Source: Nitrospirota bacterium (GTDB lineage Bacteria > Nitrospirota > UBA9217). From it: 64,000 nt of DNA. The translations under genes and the position numbers were made by a program. The notes beneath the pieces are model-generated. The model saw only the letters and a list, made by a program, of their open reading frames with translations, made no database searches and was not told where the DNA came from. Of the stretch, positions 43,406 through 53,263 are shown one piece after another. Positions within the stretch are counted from its first letter, which is position 1. Each line of letters opens with the position of its first letter. The stretch lies in the NCBI GenBank assembly GCA_963845065.1, contig CAWJQQ010000003.1, positions 192,001 through 256,000 on the forward strand, in the 5' to 3' direction.

Positions 43406-43752
43406 CATCCGACAGCAGGTTTGTTTTTTGCTGCCGGTTGTTTGGCGCCAAGACTCTTGATATAGAGGATAAGTGATTGCATTTCTATTGACTGTGGGTC
43501 CAGGGCCTTGCCCTTTATCGAGTGCGTAATACATCCATTTACGATCTGTTCGAGGTCACTCCTGATTCCAGCTTTTTGAATGTTTTGACCATCAGGGTGA
43601 CAGGTATTACATGATTTCCCAGTGGTGCCGAGCTTGGGATCATTAAATAATGCCTTACCTTTATCTATTGAAGCACCTTCTGCAGCAAATACGCTGCTGA
43701 TGCCAACTACTGTTACCAGAGCAATAAGAACAATCAGGGCGCCTCTCTTCAT
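43402..43752 (-). CDS. Periplasmic monoheme cytochrome c (SoxA/TsdA-domain-like)
   Basis: Signal peptide, CNTCH, downstream NGCI and S.EM..L..Y; GGAGG RBS. Confidence 0.85.
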   Translation of the reverse strand: MKRGALIVLIALVTVVGISSVFAAEGASIDKGKALFNDPKLGTTGKSCNTCHPDGQNIQKAGIRSDLEQIVNGCITHSIKGKALDPQSIEMQSLILYIKSLGAKQPAAKNKPAVGC

Positions 43753-43879
43753 GTGATTACCTCCGAGAATGAATTCAGCGAAATTGACAAAAGGATAACA
43801 TACCTGCCAACTTTGTCAAGGCAAGTTCCATGAAAAATTGAGTTTATGGGACTATATGCCGATCTGTCTTATCTTTGGA

Positions 43880-43908
43880 TTGACAAAACTAAGACGTACT
43901 GCTATCAT
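43880..43908 (+). promoter_or_regulatory. sigma70 promoter of the DUF62 gene
   Basis: TTGACA-17-TATCAT with an extended TG. Confidence 0.7.
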
Positions 43909-43938
43909 TCCCACAGTTTTTTCACCCCCGAGGACTGA

Positions 43939-44736
43939 ATGGCGATTATTACACTAACAACTGATTATGGCGGTAGGGATGCTTTCGCGGCCAGCGTGAA
44001 GGGCGTTATACTTAAAATTAGCCCTCAAGCGCAGATCATAGACATTTCTAACGAAATCAGCCCTCAGGATATATGGGAAGCAGCATATACGTTGAAATCC
44101 GCTTACAATCATTTCCCGAAGGGAACAATTCATCTTGCCGTCGTCGACCCCGGTGTGGGCAGCGGCAGAAGACCGATCATTGCTGTAACTGAAGGTTTTT
44201 ACTTCGTTGGTCCTGATAACGGATTATTTAGCCTTATCTACCAGGAAGCGGAACGACTCAGGGTACATCACATCACCTCGACGCACTATTTTCTACCGAA
44301 TCCGGGCCCCACGTTTCATGGCAGAGACGTTTTTGCACCAGTTGCCGGTTGGCTTGCCAGAGGCATCCCATCTGGAAATTTCGGCGAAGAAATTACCGAT
44401 TACACTAAGTTGAATATCCCTTTGCCAAAAGTTAGCGGCAGCAGCATTGAAGGCAACATTGTTCATATTGACCGATTTGGAAACCTAATAACGAACATTA
44501 CCAGTACAAATATCAAGCCGCTCATGTCCGAAGGTACTGATTTAAGTACCGCCACAGTCACTATCGCTGGCAAAGAAATAAAGGGATTAAAAAAATATTA
44601 TGCAGAAGCGACCCCAGGTGAGCCTGGAGCAATTGTAAACAGCTCAGGTGCTCTCGAAATATTTCTATACAGACATAATGCCCGTACCGCACTGGCAATT
44701 AAGCGCGGAGAAGTCGTACGTTTGCAAATTTCGTGA
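43939..44736 (+). CDS. SAM hydroxide adenosyltransferase (DUF62; chlorinase/fluorinase superfamily)
   Basis: TLTTDYG, VVDPGVG, GPDNG, TFHGRDVFAP and DRFGN motifs. Confidence 0.92.
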   Translation: MAIITLTTDYGGRDAFAASVKGVILKISPQAQIIDISNEISPQDIWEAAYTLKSAYNHFPKGTIHLAVVDPGVGSGRRPIIAVTEGFYFVGPDNGLFSLIYQEAERLRVHHITSTHYFLPNPGPTFHGRDVFAPVAGWLARGIPSGNFGEEITDYTKLNIPLPKVSGSSIEGNIVHIDRFGNLITNITSTNIKPLMSEGTDLSTATVTIAGKEIKGLKKYYAEATPGEPGAIVNSSGALEIFLYRHNARTALAIKRGEVVRLQIS

Positions 44737-44817
44737 TAATGCTCATCATTGTTCTTCCATTCGGTTCTTTCTGAGTTACCTCTTGTTTAACTCCTATCAG
44801 CGTATTATAATGTGCCC

Positions 44818-46129
44818 ATGAAATCATTCCATATCATTACTTTCGGATGCCAAATGAATGAACATGATTCCGAGCGGATGACGGGAATCCTTGAAGAGAG
44901 GGGTTGCTCTTCATTATCCCACGCCGATAGTGCGGACATGATAATTCTGAATACGTGCAGTATTCGTGAAAAAGCGGAACAAAAATTTTATAGTGAGCTC
45001 GGCAGGCTGAAGCATTTAAAGGCTCTCAACCCCCGACTTAAAATAGCAGTCGCCGGATGCATCGCCCAGCAGGAAGGCGACAAAATTATTACCCGTGCAC
45101 CTTATGTCGATATGGTATTTGGTCCCTCCGATATAGGAAAACTGTCATTGTTGGTAGATCAGAAACTTTCGCGATCAGCTCCTTTAATCGACACTACTGG
45201 AGATCCCGATTACCATCGAAAACGTATTCCGACTGCACGCGCCGGCAGCGTTAAAGCATGGGTTTCTATCATGTATGGATGCGATAATTATTGTACCTAC
45301 TGCGTTGTGCCCTATCTTCGAGGCAGAGAACGGTCTCGTCGTCCAAACGACATACTGAATGAAGTCCGCGAACTTGCACAGAAAGGGTTTTAAAGAAGTG
45401 ACATTGCTGGGCCAGAACGTGAATTCTTATGGCAAAGGCCTGGATGAAGATATTGAGTTTCCGGACCTCCTGCAGCGGGTGAATGAGATCGATGGCATCG
45501 AGCGCGTCAGGTTTGTAACTTCACATCCTCGCGACTTATCGGACAAACTAATGGTCGCGCTTCGAGATATTCCTAAGGTCTGCGAAGCATTACACTTACC
45601 TGTCCAGAGCGGCTCAGATCGCATTCTTTCCTCCATGAACAGGAAATATTCCCGAGACGAATATCTGGACAGGATAAGAAAATTACGTATGTTGGTTCCT
45701 GATATTGCGCTGACTACGGATGTCATTGTTGGGTTCCCGGGTGAGAGAGATGAGGATTTTGAAATGACAATGCAATTGCTTAAGGATGTTCGCTACGACG
45801 GCATATTTGCATTTAAATATTCAAAGAGGCCGGGAACCATCGCGCTAACGCTGACAGGCCATTTGCCGGAAGACATAAAAGAAAAAAGGCTTGATCGGGT
45901 TCTGTCACTCCAGAAAGAAATAATGATTGAAAAAAATAAAACACAGATAGGTACTGTCAGAGAAATACTTATCGACGGCATCAGCAAAAAGGGCGGGAAA
46001 CTTACTGGAAGAACTCGGGAAAACAAGGTGGTAAATGTTAAAGCTCCCTCCTCGCTTATCGGCTCTCTTGTCAGAGTATTAGTAACCGCCGCTGGATTAA
46101 ACTCCTTTACTGGCCAGTTATGCGAATAG
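44818..46129 (+). pseudogene. miaB: tRNA ms2i6A37 methylthiotransferase, split by one extra nucleotide near 45390 (possible assembly error)
   Basis: FGCQMN..DS, NTC and GCDNYCTYC in frame 1; LLGQNVNSYG, TSHP, HLPVQSG and TRAM in frame 2. Confidence 0.9.
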
Positions 46130-47397
46130 CTTTTACAACCCTTGGATGCAAGATTAACCAATACGAAACGGACATATTAAGCCGGGACTTTGAGGCGCGG
46201 GGTAACGCGATCGTACCCTTTGATGCCGAGGCTGATGTCTATATCATCAATACCTGTTCAGTCACTGCAAAAAGCGATTACCAGTGCCGTCAGATTGTTA
46301 GATCAGCGGTACGACGCGGTAGGGGAGCAAAAGTTGTCGTTACCGGATGCTATGCTTCTACTCGGCCCGACGATATAAAAAAAATATCAGGGGTAGATTT
46401 CGTGTTTGAAAATCGTGATAAAGCGTTAATTTCTGAGCAAATCATGACATCTTTTGCTGTTCCGAAACATGGCGGACGTTTAATAAAGAACAATACCCAG
46501 GTATCGTCCGTCCAAAACAGGACACGCGGTATTCTCAAGGTTCAGGACGGATGTAACAACCGCTGTTCATATTGCATCGTACCACTTGCCCGAGGCAACT
46601 CTCGCAGTGTTTATCCTGAGGAAGTGATCAAGGAATTTGATCATCTTGTGCAGAATGGGTGTCCTGAGATAGTACTCACAGGCATTCATATCGGCTCTTA
46701 TGGTGTTGATCTTCCTTCGCAGACAGATCTCACAAGTTTGGTCAAAATGCTAATTGCTAAGCAGGGAGAATCTCGTATACGCCTTAGTTCCATCGAACCA
46801 AGTGAAATAACAGACGCGATTATTAATATGCTCGGCTCCGGTCTCTGCAGACATCTACATGTCCCACTTCAGAGCGGTGATGATACTATTTTGATGTCAA
46901 TGAAGCGCGATTATTCCGCAGGTTTTTATCTTGAACTGCTCAAACGGATTGCGAATCAAATTTCTGGCATCGCACTCGGAGCGGACGTTATGGTTGGATA
47001 TCCTGGAGAAGGGGACATCGCATTTAATAATACGCTAGAACTCGTAGACAAAACACCTCTCACGCATTTGCACGTTTTCAGCTACTCGCCGCGTCCGGGA
47101 ACAGAAGCAGCCAATATGAAAAATCAGGTACCTGAACATGTAAAAAAGAAACGTAGCGAAGAACTACGTAACCTGGGCATGAAAAAGAACCTTATATTTA
47201 GACAGAAGCATGTTGGTGTTGCATTAAAGGTTGTTATTGAGGACAAAGCTGACGCTGAATCCGGACTGCTTTCGGGTCTCACGGATAACTATATAAGAGT
47301 GCAAGTTTTGGGTGCTAAGGAGGTCCATATCGGCAAGAAAATCACTGTAATCATTAAAGATATAAAAACAGAGGGAAATTTCGCAGAAATATTATAA
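46120..47397 (+). CDS. mtaB: tRNA t6A37 methylthiotransferase
   Basis: TLGCKINQYE, KVQDGCNNRCSYC, RLSSIEP and HVFSYS.RPGT motifs. Confidence 0.92.
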   Translation: MRIAFTTLGCKINQYETDILSRDFEARGNAIVPFDAEADVYIINTCSVTAKSDYQCRQIVRSAVRRGRGAKVVVTGCYASTRPDDIKKISGVDFVFENRDKALISEQIMTSFAVPKHGGRLIKNNTQVSSVQNRTRGILKVQDGCNNRCSYCIVPLARGNSRSVYPEEVIKEFDHLVQNGCPEIVLTGIHIGSYGVDLPSQTDLTSLVKMLIAKQGESRIRLSSIEPSEITDAIINMLGSGLCRHLHVPLQSGDDTILMSMKRDYSAGFYLELLKRIANQISGIALGADVMVGYPGEGDIAFNNTLELVDKTPLTHLHVFSYSPRPGTEAANMKNQVPEHVKKKRSEELRNLGMKKNLIFRQKHVGVALKVVIEDKADAESGLLSGLTDNYIRVQVLGAKEVHIGKKITVIIKDIKTEGNFAEIL

Positions 47398-47501
47398 AAT
47401 ATTGATATTAAACGATAATTGGTGTCTATTTATTATGCAAATTACATTTTCGTTACGGATGTAGCATCTAAAAAAAAGATATTAACAGACTTAATAACAG
47501 G

Positions 47502-47510
47502 TTATCCACA
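47502..47510 (+). promoter_or_regulatory. Perfect DnaA box in an AT-rich intergenic region
   Basis: TTATCCACA. Confidence 0.45.
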
Positions 47511-47672
47511 TGCTTTGTGTAAAGCAAAGATAAGCCCTTAGTTCTTTAGTGATTTTTTATGGTAGTAAAGAATTGTTTTAAAAAATGGGACTTGCATAAT
47601 ATTAAGTGTGTTTTTTTTCAAGGGGAAAATAACAGAGCGTGATCAGGGATGTTACCTTTCTTTCACCTAACA

Positions 47673-48758
47673 TTATAATTTGAGATCATACTTCTTCAGA
47701 ATATTGTATCTTGTATTGCGCTGAGCAGGCACATATCCTGCATCTCTGATGACATTCATGATTTCTTGTTTGGTCATTCTGAAAGTTACTCCTGCTGCTG
47801 CAACGACATTCTCTTCGATCATGGTGCTGCCGAAATCATTAGCGCCGAATTCCAATGCCACTTGAGCAATTTTCGCGCCTTGCGTTACCCAGGACGCCTG
47901 GATATTATCAAAATTGTCGAGCATGACGCGAGAGAGGGCAAGCACTTTCAAATATTCAACTGCAGTGGCTGACCTGCCCCCTAATTCCGTATGGCCTGGT
48001 TGGTATGTCCAAGGGATAAAGGCAGTAAACCCGCGGGTCTCATCCTGGATATCCCGGAGCCTAACCAAATGTTGAATTATTTCCTTGTCTGTTTCCAAAC
48101 TGCCAAACATCATAGTGGCGGTCGTTGGCATTCCGATTTTCTGGGCAGTCCTCATCACCTCTGCCCATTGCTTCCAACGAATTTTATTCGGACTCACTTT
48201 TTTTCTGACTCTGTCAACGAGGATCTCGGCGCCGCCGCCGGGAATCGAATCAAGGCCTGAGGCCCTGAGGCGTGCTAGAGTATCGAGAACGCTTGTATCT
48301 GCTTTCTTCGCAAGAAAAGAGATTTCGGCAGGGGAAAGAGAATGTATCTGGATAGTGAAGCGTTCTTTAATGGATGCGAACAGATCTTCGAAGTACTCAA
48401 TGCCAAGATCGGGATGTACACCGCCCTGCATAAGGATTTGTGTTCCGCCTTGCGCAACCGTTTCCTCTATTTTCCTGAAAATTTCCTCTTTTGACAGGAT
48501 GTAAGCTTCAGGGCTTTCAGCATCGCGGTAGAATGCGCAGAATTTACATCTATTTATGCATATGTTCGTGTAATTGATGTTCCTGTCAACAATAAAGGTC
48601 ACGAGATGTTCCGGATGCAGACGTTGCCGTATGCTGTTTGCCAGCTCGCCCAAAGTTAGGAGATCAGATTGTTTAAAGAGAACAAAACCTTCCTCTGCAT
48701 CGAGGCGTCTTCCTTGTGATAAGTTTTTAATGACTTTTCTATAATCCGTGTTCATCAC
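47673..48758 (-). CDS. mqnC: Cyclic dehypoxanthinyl futalosine synthase
   Basis: DRNINYTNIC...CKFCAF, QILMQGG, PGGGAEIL and STMIEENVV motifs. Confidence 0.92.
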   Translation of the reverse strand: MMNTDYRKVIKNLSQGRRLDAEEGFVLFKQSDLLTLGELANSIRQRLHPEHLVTFIVDRNINYTNICINRCKFCAFYRDAESPEAYILSKEEIFRKIEETVAQGGTQILMQGGVHPDLGIEYFEDLFASIKERFTIQIHSLSPAEISFLAKKADTSVLDTLARLRASGLDSIPGGGAEILVDRVRKKVSPNKIRWKQWAEVMRTAQKIGMPTTATMMFGSLETDKEIIQHLVRLRDIQDETRGFTAFIPWTYQPGHTELGGRSATAVEYLKVLALSRVMLDNFDNIQASWVTQGAKIAQVALEFGANDFGSTMIEENVVAAAGVTFRMTKQEIMNVIRDAGYVPAQRNTRYNILKKYDLKL

Positions 48759-48786
48759 AATACATACGTGGTTGCAAGTCTCATTA

Positions 48787-49869
48787 TTATTTCCACACTT
48801 TCACAACATTGTAGACGGTATCGCGTTCTACCGGAATTCTTCCTGCCTGTTTGATGAGGTAAACAATATCGTCTTTGGTCATACTACCGTCGGTGGTTCC
48901 GCCTGCAGCCTTGGTAATCCGTTCCTCGACCACAGTCCCGTCCAGATCATCCACTCCGAAGTTCAGTGATACCTGAGCAATCTTCTCTCCTAGCATAACC
49001 CAGTAGGCCTTAATATGGTCAAAGTTATCGAGCATGAGCCGGGAGATGGCGAGCGTTTTGAGATCGTCGAATCCCGTCGTATACGCAGATTTTTTGATCT
49101 CTGTGTTCTTGGAATGGAAACTTAAAGGAATAAACGCCTGGAACCCGTTGGTTTGATCCTGGAGCTTACGGAGTTTCAGAAGATGGTCAATTCTATGCTC
49201 ATAGGTCTCAATATGGCCATAAAGCATTGTTGCGTTTGATTTGAGCCCGATATTGTGCGCAGCTTTGATCACCTCAAGCCATCTGTCACCACTGATTTTC
49301 TCGGCACAAAGACTATTCCGTACGGCGGAATCGAATATTTCCGCTCCACCGCCGGGAAGAGAGCCAAGACCGGCATCTTTAAGCTTTAGCAAAGTATCAG
49401 TGAGATTTTTGCCGGAAAGTTTTGAGAGGTAGTCGATCTCCACAGCAGTAAAAGCCTTAAGATGGACCTTTGGGAATTCTTTTTTTAGCGCCTTGAGCAT
49501 GTCCAAATACCACTCGAAGGGCAAGTCCGGGTGAAGACCGGATACGATATGGAACTCACGTACGCCTCTTCCAGCGCTCCGGCCTTTATTGAGAATATCC
49601 TCGATGCTCATCTCGTATGCGCCGGGCTCGCCTTTGCTTTTGCTGAACGCGCAGAACTTGCAGCGATTCACGCAGATATTCGTTGGATTGATGTGCATGT
49701 TCTGGACGAAATGCACACGGTTACCGTTCTTTTGCTGCGCAACATGTGTCGCGATGCGTCCGAGAGAAAGGAGATCGTTCGATTTGAACAGTTCTATCCC
49801 CTCTTTACGAGTGAGGCGACGATTGGAGTAGACTTTTTCTTTGATATGATCTTTTAACATATCTCGCAT
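48787..49869 (-). CDS. mqnE: Aminofutalosine synthase
   Basis: HINPTNIC...CKFCAF, KAFTAVE, HIKAYW and DGTVVEE motifs. Confidence 0.92.
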   Translation of the reverse strand: MRDMLKDHIKEKVYSNRRLTRKEGIELFKSNDLLSLGRIATHVAQQKNGNRVHFVQNMHINPTNICVNRCKFCAFSKSKGEPGAYEMSIEDILNKGRSAGRGVREFHIVSGLHPDLPFEWYLDMLKALKKEFPKVHLKAFTAVEIDYLSKLSGKNLTDTLLKLKDAGLGSLPGGGAEIFDSAVRNSLCAEKISGDRWLEVIKAAHNIGLKSNATMLYGHIETYEHRIDHLLKLRKLQDQTNGFQAFIPLSFHSKNTEIKKSAYTTGFDDLKTLAISRLMLDNFDHIKAYWVMLGEKIAQVSLNFGVDDLDGTVVEERITKAAGGTTDGSMTKDDIVYLIKQAGRIPVERDTVYNVVKVWK

Positions 49870-49912
49870 CGGATTTTTTTGAGGTGTGGTGATATTTATT
49901 TGAACGCAGCGA

Positions 49913-50218
49913 TTATGGTTTTTCCGTCAACATTCCCGTTGCAGGATCGTAATCGAATTTGTCGCTTTTCAACGTCAGCCCATTGAATGCCGCTACTTCA
50001 TTCAAGTCCGCAGGATACCTGCCGTTAGCAGCGTTGAATTCCTGGATAGATTTCTGGACTTGCTCGACATTTACTGCAGCATCGAGCTTCTTTGCGCTTT
50101 TTAGGGATTGGACCACGGTGTTCCCGTATTGTTGGACCGGATTCTTATCATCCTTGCATGAAGAAAATGCAAGTAGTAGTGTGACTACCAAGACAGCTCC
50201 AACGAAAGTTATTTTCAT
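49913..50218 (-). CDS. Small putative lipoprotein
   Basis: Lipobox-like FSSC after a hydrophobic stretch; NGRYPADL and YDPATG motifs. Confidence 0.65.
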   Translation of the reverse strand: MKITFVGAVLVVTLLLAFSSCKDDKNPVQQYGNTVVQSLKSAKKLDAAVNVEQVQKSIQEFNAANGRYPADLNEVAAFNGLTLKSDKFDYDPATGMLTEKP

Positions 50219-50267
50219 AGCTCTTTACCGTGTCGTGAAGTTAAGTCTCAAGTCTCTTCGAGGGAAT

Positions 50268-51488
50268 TCAGGCTCGAAAAAGAATCTTTCCATTTACCAT
50301 AGTCATAATACAGGATTTTGTTTCTCTGAGCAAGTCGGAATAGAGGTCGCCAGTATTTTTTTTCGGCAGCGGCACAGCAATGATATCCGCTTTTTTCCCG
50401 GGTTCAAGAGTGCCAATCTTTTTGTCCAATCCGAGAGCCTTTGCGCCGCTGATGGTTGCAAGCTTAAATATTTCAAGGGGAGTGATGCCGTCCCGACGAT
50501 GGATTCTATAGGCATATCGCATCTCGTCCCACATGTTGAGACTGGGGACACTTGCCAGGCTGTCGGTCCCCAATCCGACGGTTACCCCCGCATCCAGCAG
50601 TCTCTTAAGCGGCATATTTCCCAACGCCAAGCTCTTTGTTGCTTCTTGGACAATGCGCGACAGATGTTCGTGATTTTTTGATCAGTCGGACATCTTTGTC
50701 TGTTACCTGGACCGCATGCACTGCCAAAAGGAGAGGGGAGAGCAGACCAATTTTATGCAAAAAATCGATTGATGTTGATCCCTTCGGTGCTAAGTCAAGG
50801 TCCCAATGTGCGAATTGATAGAGTTTTTCAAGGCCGCCTTTTTTTTGTTGTAGCAACTTTATCTCATCTTTTGATTCCGCAACGTGCATGGAGAGCTTGA
50901 TTTGTCTTTCAGGTGCATATTTAGTGATCTTACGCAGGATTTTTTCTGATACCGTGTACGGGGCATGCGGAGATAGGCCATATTCCATTAACGCCGAATC
51001 TGTCTTATTGGATAAAAGGCATTTTGCCTCTGGTCTCATTTCGATGATTTCCCGATATACAATAGATCGCATCCCGCTCTTTTTCAAGATTGCCGGACTT
51101 CACCGTGCGTGCATATCTCGCCGACTGTGGTTGTTCCTGTCTGGATAAGGGTGCTGATGTTTTCAATTACAGAAGACGTATAATCGTCATGGCTTAATTT
51201 TTTTTTAGCTTGAATAAGATTCAATACCCATTCAGAAAAGGTATGAGCTTGAATGGATTCCAATAAATTAGGGAGTTCAAGATGCGCATGAATATTAAGC
51301 AAACCTGGCAGTAATACAGCTTTCGGTAGATTCACAATAGGATGATGTCGAAATTTGCTTATGATGATTGCAGATGGTCCTACAGCCTCGATTATCCCAT
51401 TAGTGATTACAATAGACCCATCTTCAATTGGATCTGGATTTTTAGTACAAGTTATGATTTTTAAATGCGATACGATCATAAAGTTCAA
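50268..51488 (-). pseudogene. Amidohydrolase (aminodeoxyfutalosine deaminase-like), split by indels near 51095 and 50615
   Basis: PGLLNIHAHLE, SPHAPY, HVAES, HCPRSN and LGTDSLAS are spread over three frames; directly upstream of mqnE-mqnC. Confidence 0.85.
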
Positions 51489-51539
51489 TGAATGTTAGAT
51501 GCTACCATTTGATCATTATCTTGTCAAGCAAACACAAAT

Positions 51540-51577
51540 TGACATAATTTGTCATCCAGTATGACAAATATAGGTCA
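51540..51577. promoter_or_regulatory. Putative enhancer (PilR-type) binding sites
   Basis: TGACA-N5-TGTCA (51540-51554) and TGACA-N6-GGTCA (51562-51577), 50-90 bp upstream of the sigma54 site. Confidence 0.5.
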
Positions 51578-51626
51578 TGATTTATATATATCGAGATATA
51601 ACCTATTGATAATGTGACATATTAAA

Positions 51627-51643
51627 TTGGCATGCATCGTGCA
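51627..51643 (+). promoter_or_regulatory. sigma54 promoter of the pilin gene
   Basis: TTGGCATGCATCGTGCA: GG-N10-GC. Confidence 0.8.
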
Positions 51644-51783
51644 GGAAATATTAGAAATTTAAGAATAATACGCGAAAGGATTATGAGAGGGAGGTGAAAA
51701 GTTCCATAACTGGCTTTTAGTATAGACACTGGTGAAAAGAGATTCGGAATCGTTAAAAATCATATTTTATAGGAGGTTCTCAA

Positions 51784-52422
51784 ATGAAGTTTAAGAACAG
51801 TAAAGGTTTTACCCTGATCGAACTCCTGATCGTCGTGGCCATCATAGCCATTTTGGCGGCCATCGCTATTCCGCAATTCTCGCAGTATCGTATTAGGGGC
51901 TATAACGCTGCTGCAGACAGTGACCTTAGAAACATGAAGATCGCACTTGAAGCCTTCAAGACGGACTGGCAGGTGTATGCAAATCTTCTGCAGGTTGTTC
52001 TCACCCTGTGCCTTTAACCGCCGCTGGCTGCCCGGGCGCGGCTGGGGCTGGGGCTGTACTCACTGGACCGGGAACTGTAATATGGCAATAGCAGTTGCAG
52101 TGGGTTGTATGGCACCTCTCCACCATCCGCGACTGCAGCGATTTTCGGGCTTTCAAACTGGGTAGGTACCGTGATTAACACTGATGCAAATGCGGTTTCG
52201 TATGTCATTGTAACGGGAACTACATCTGGTGACTTACTTTATGGTGCCGACTCTGATACTACCATCAACGAGACAGGCAGGGAAAACCGCTACTGGAACG
52301 GCTGCCCTCTTAACGATGCAACAAGACAAGCAGGAGGGGCTGTGGTCGCAACATCTGGACCGGTCGCAACCGCAAATACTGACGATTTTCTAGCTATAGC
52401 GCCCCCATGGGTTGGCATGTAA
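51784..52422 (+). CDS. pilA: Type IVa major pilin; reads as 77 aa (51784-52017) or as a ~212-codon frameshifted gene
   Basis: KG|FTLIELLIVVAII prepilin motif; AGGAGG RBS; in-frame C-terminal pilin-like ORF at 52105-52422. Confidence 0.85.
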
Positions 52423-52444
52423 TTGTTTTAAGCGACATGATCTC

Positions 52445-52482
52445 ATAAAGAGGCCGAACATCCCGGCCTCTTTATCTTTTTT
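52445..52482 (+). terminator. Rho-independent terminator after pilA
   Basis: 12-bp perfect stem ATAAAGAGGCCG/CGGCCTCTTTAT followed by a T-run. Confidence 0.85.
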
Positions 52483-52519
52483 CAAAATTCCATTTTAGTT
52501 GTAGGAATAAAATTATCCG

Positions 52520-53263
52520 ATGATAAAAATTGCAGGTATTTCCAAGGCGTTTCACGAGGGGATTGCGTCCAAAAGGATCAAGGCGCTTGAGGACCTAGAT
52601 CTAGAGGTCCAAGAGGGCGAGGTCTTCGGTTTCCTTGGTCCCAACGGCGCAGGGAAATCAACGACGATGAAGATCCTGATAAATCTTGTATTTCCGGACA
52701 AGGGCAGCGCTTCTATAATGGGCAAAGATGTCCGTGATAGAGAGACTCGAAGGCACGTTGGATATCTCCCTGAGAACCCTTACTTTTACGATTACCTGAC
52801 TGCAGAAGAATTGTTGTGGTTCGGAGGAAAGGCATCGGGTTTATCAAGTTCAGCACTGAAGAAAAGAACTGATGAGCTACTAGTCAAAGTCGACCTTGCT
52901 GGCTCAAGGAAAAGGCAACTCAGGACCTACTCTAAGGGTATGGTTCAGCGAGCAGGCCTCGCTCTGGCCCTTATCCATGATCCGGATGTGTCTATTCTAG
53001 ATGAGCCGATGAGCGGCCTTGATCCCATTGGAAGAAAAATGGTTAGCGATCTCATTACGGAGCTCAAGGCACAGGGAAAAACGGTCTTTTTCTCTTCCCA
53101 TATCCTTACTGATATCGAACGGTTCTGTGACAGGGTCGGCATCATAATCGGCGGCAGATTGCGATTGGTTGATAGAATTGATCATCTCCTCGCAGGCTCA
53201 GTGAGTCTGGAGGATGTCTTTATGAAGGAAGTGGCTAAGACGAACGGAGATATTGAGGCATGA
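52520..53263 (+). CDS. ABC transporter ATPase (PilH/XapD-like)
   Basis: GPNGAGKS, YSKGMVQR, DEPMSGLDP and SSH motifs. Confidence 0.92.
   Translation: MIKIAGISKAFHEGIASKRIKALEDLDLEVQEGEVFGFLGPNGAGKSTTMKILINLVFPDKGSASIMGKDVRDRETRRHVGYLPENPYFYDYLTAEELLWFGGKASGLSSSALKKRTDELLVKVDLAGSRKRQLRTYSKGMVQRAGLALALIHDPDVSILDEPMSGLDPIGRKMVSDLITELKAQGKTVFFSSHILTDIERFCDRVGIIIGGRLRLVDRIDHLLAGSVSLEDVFMKEVAKTNGDIEA

Noticed and set aside
43939..44736. Fluorinase/chlorinase
   Set aside because: Motifs fit the widespread DUF62 hydrolases, and there is no halometabolite gene context.
47410..47620. dif site (TTATGCAAAT, ACTTGCATAAT)
   Set aside because: The half-site-like motifs are not paired across a 6-bp spacer.
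51650..51783. GEMM-I riboswitch in the pilA leader
   Set aside because: No recognisable GEMM-I core by eye; an Infernal search was not run.
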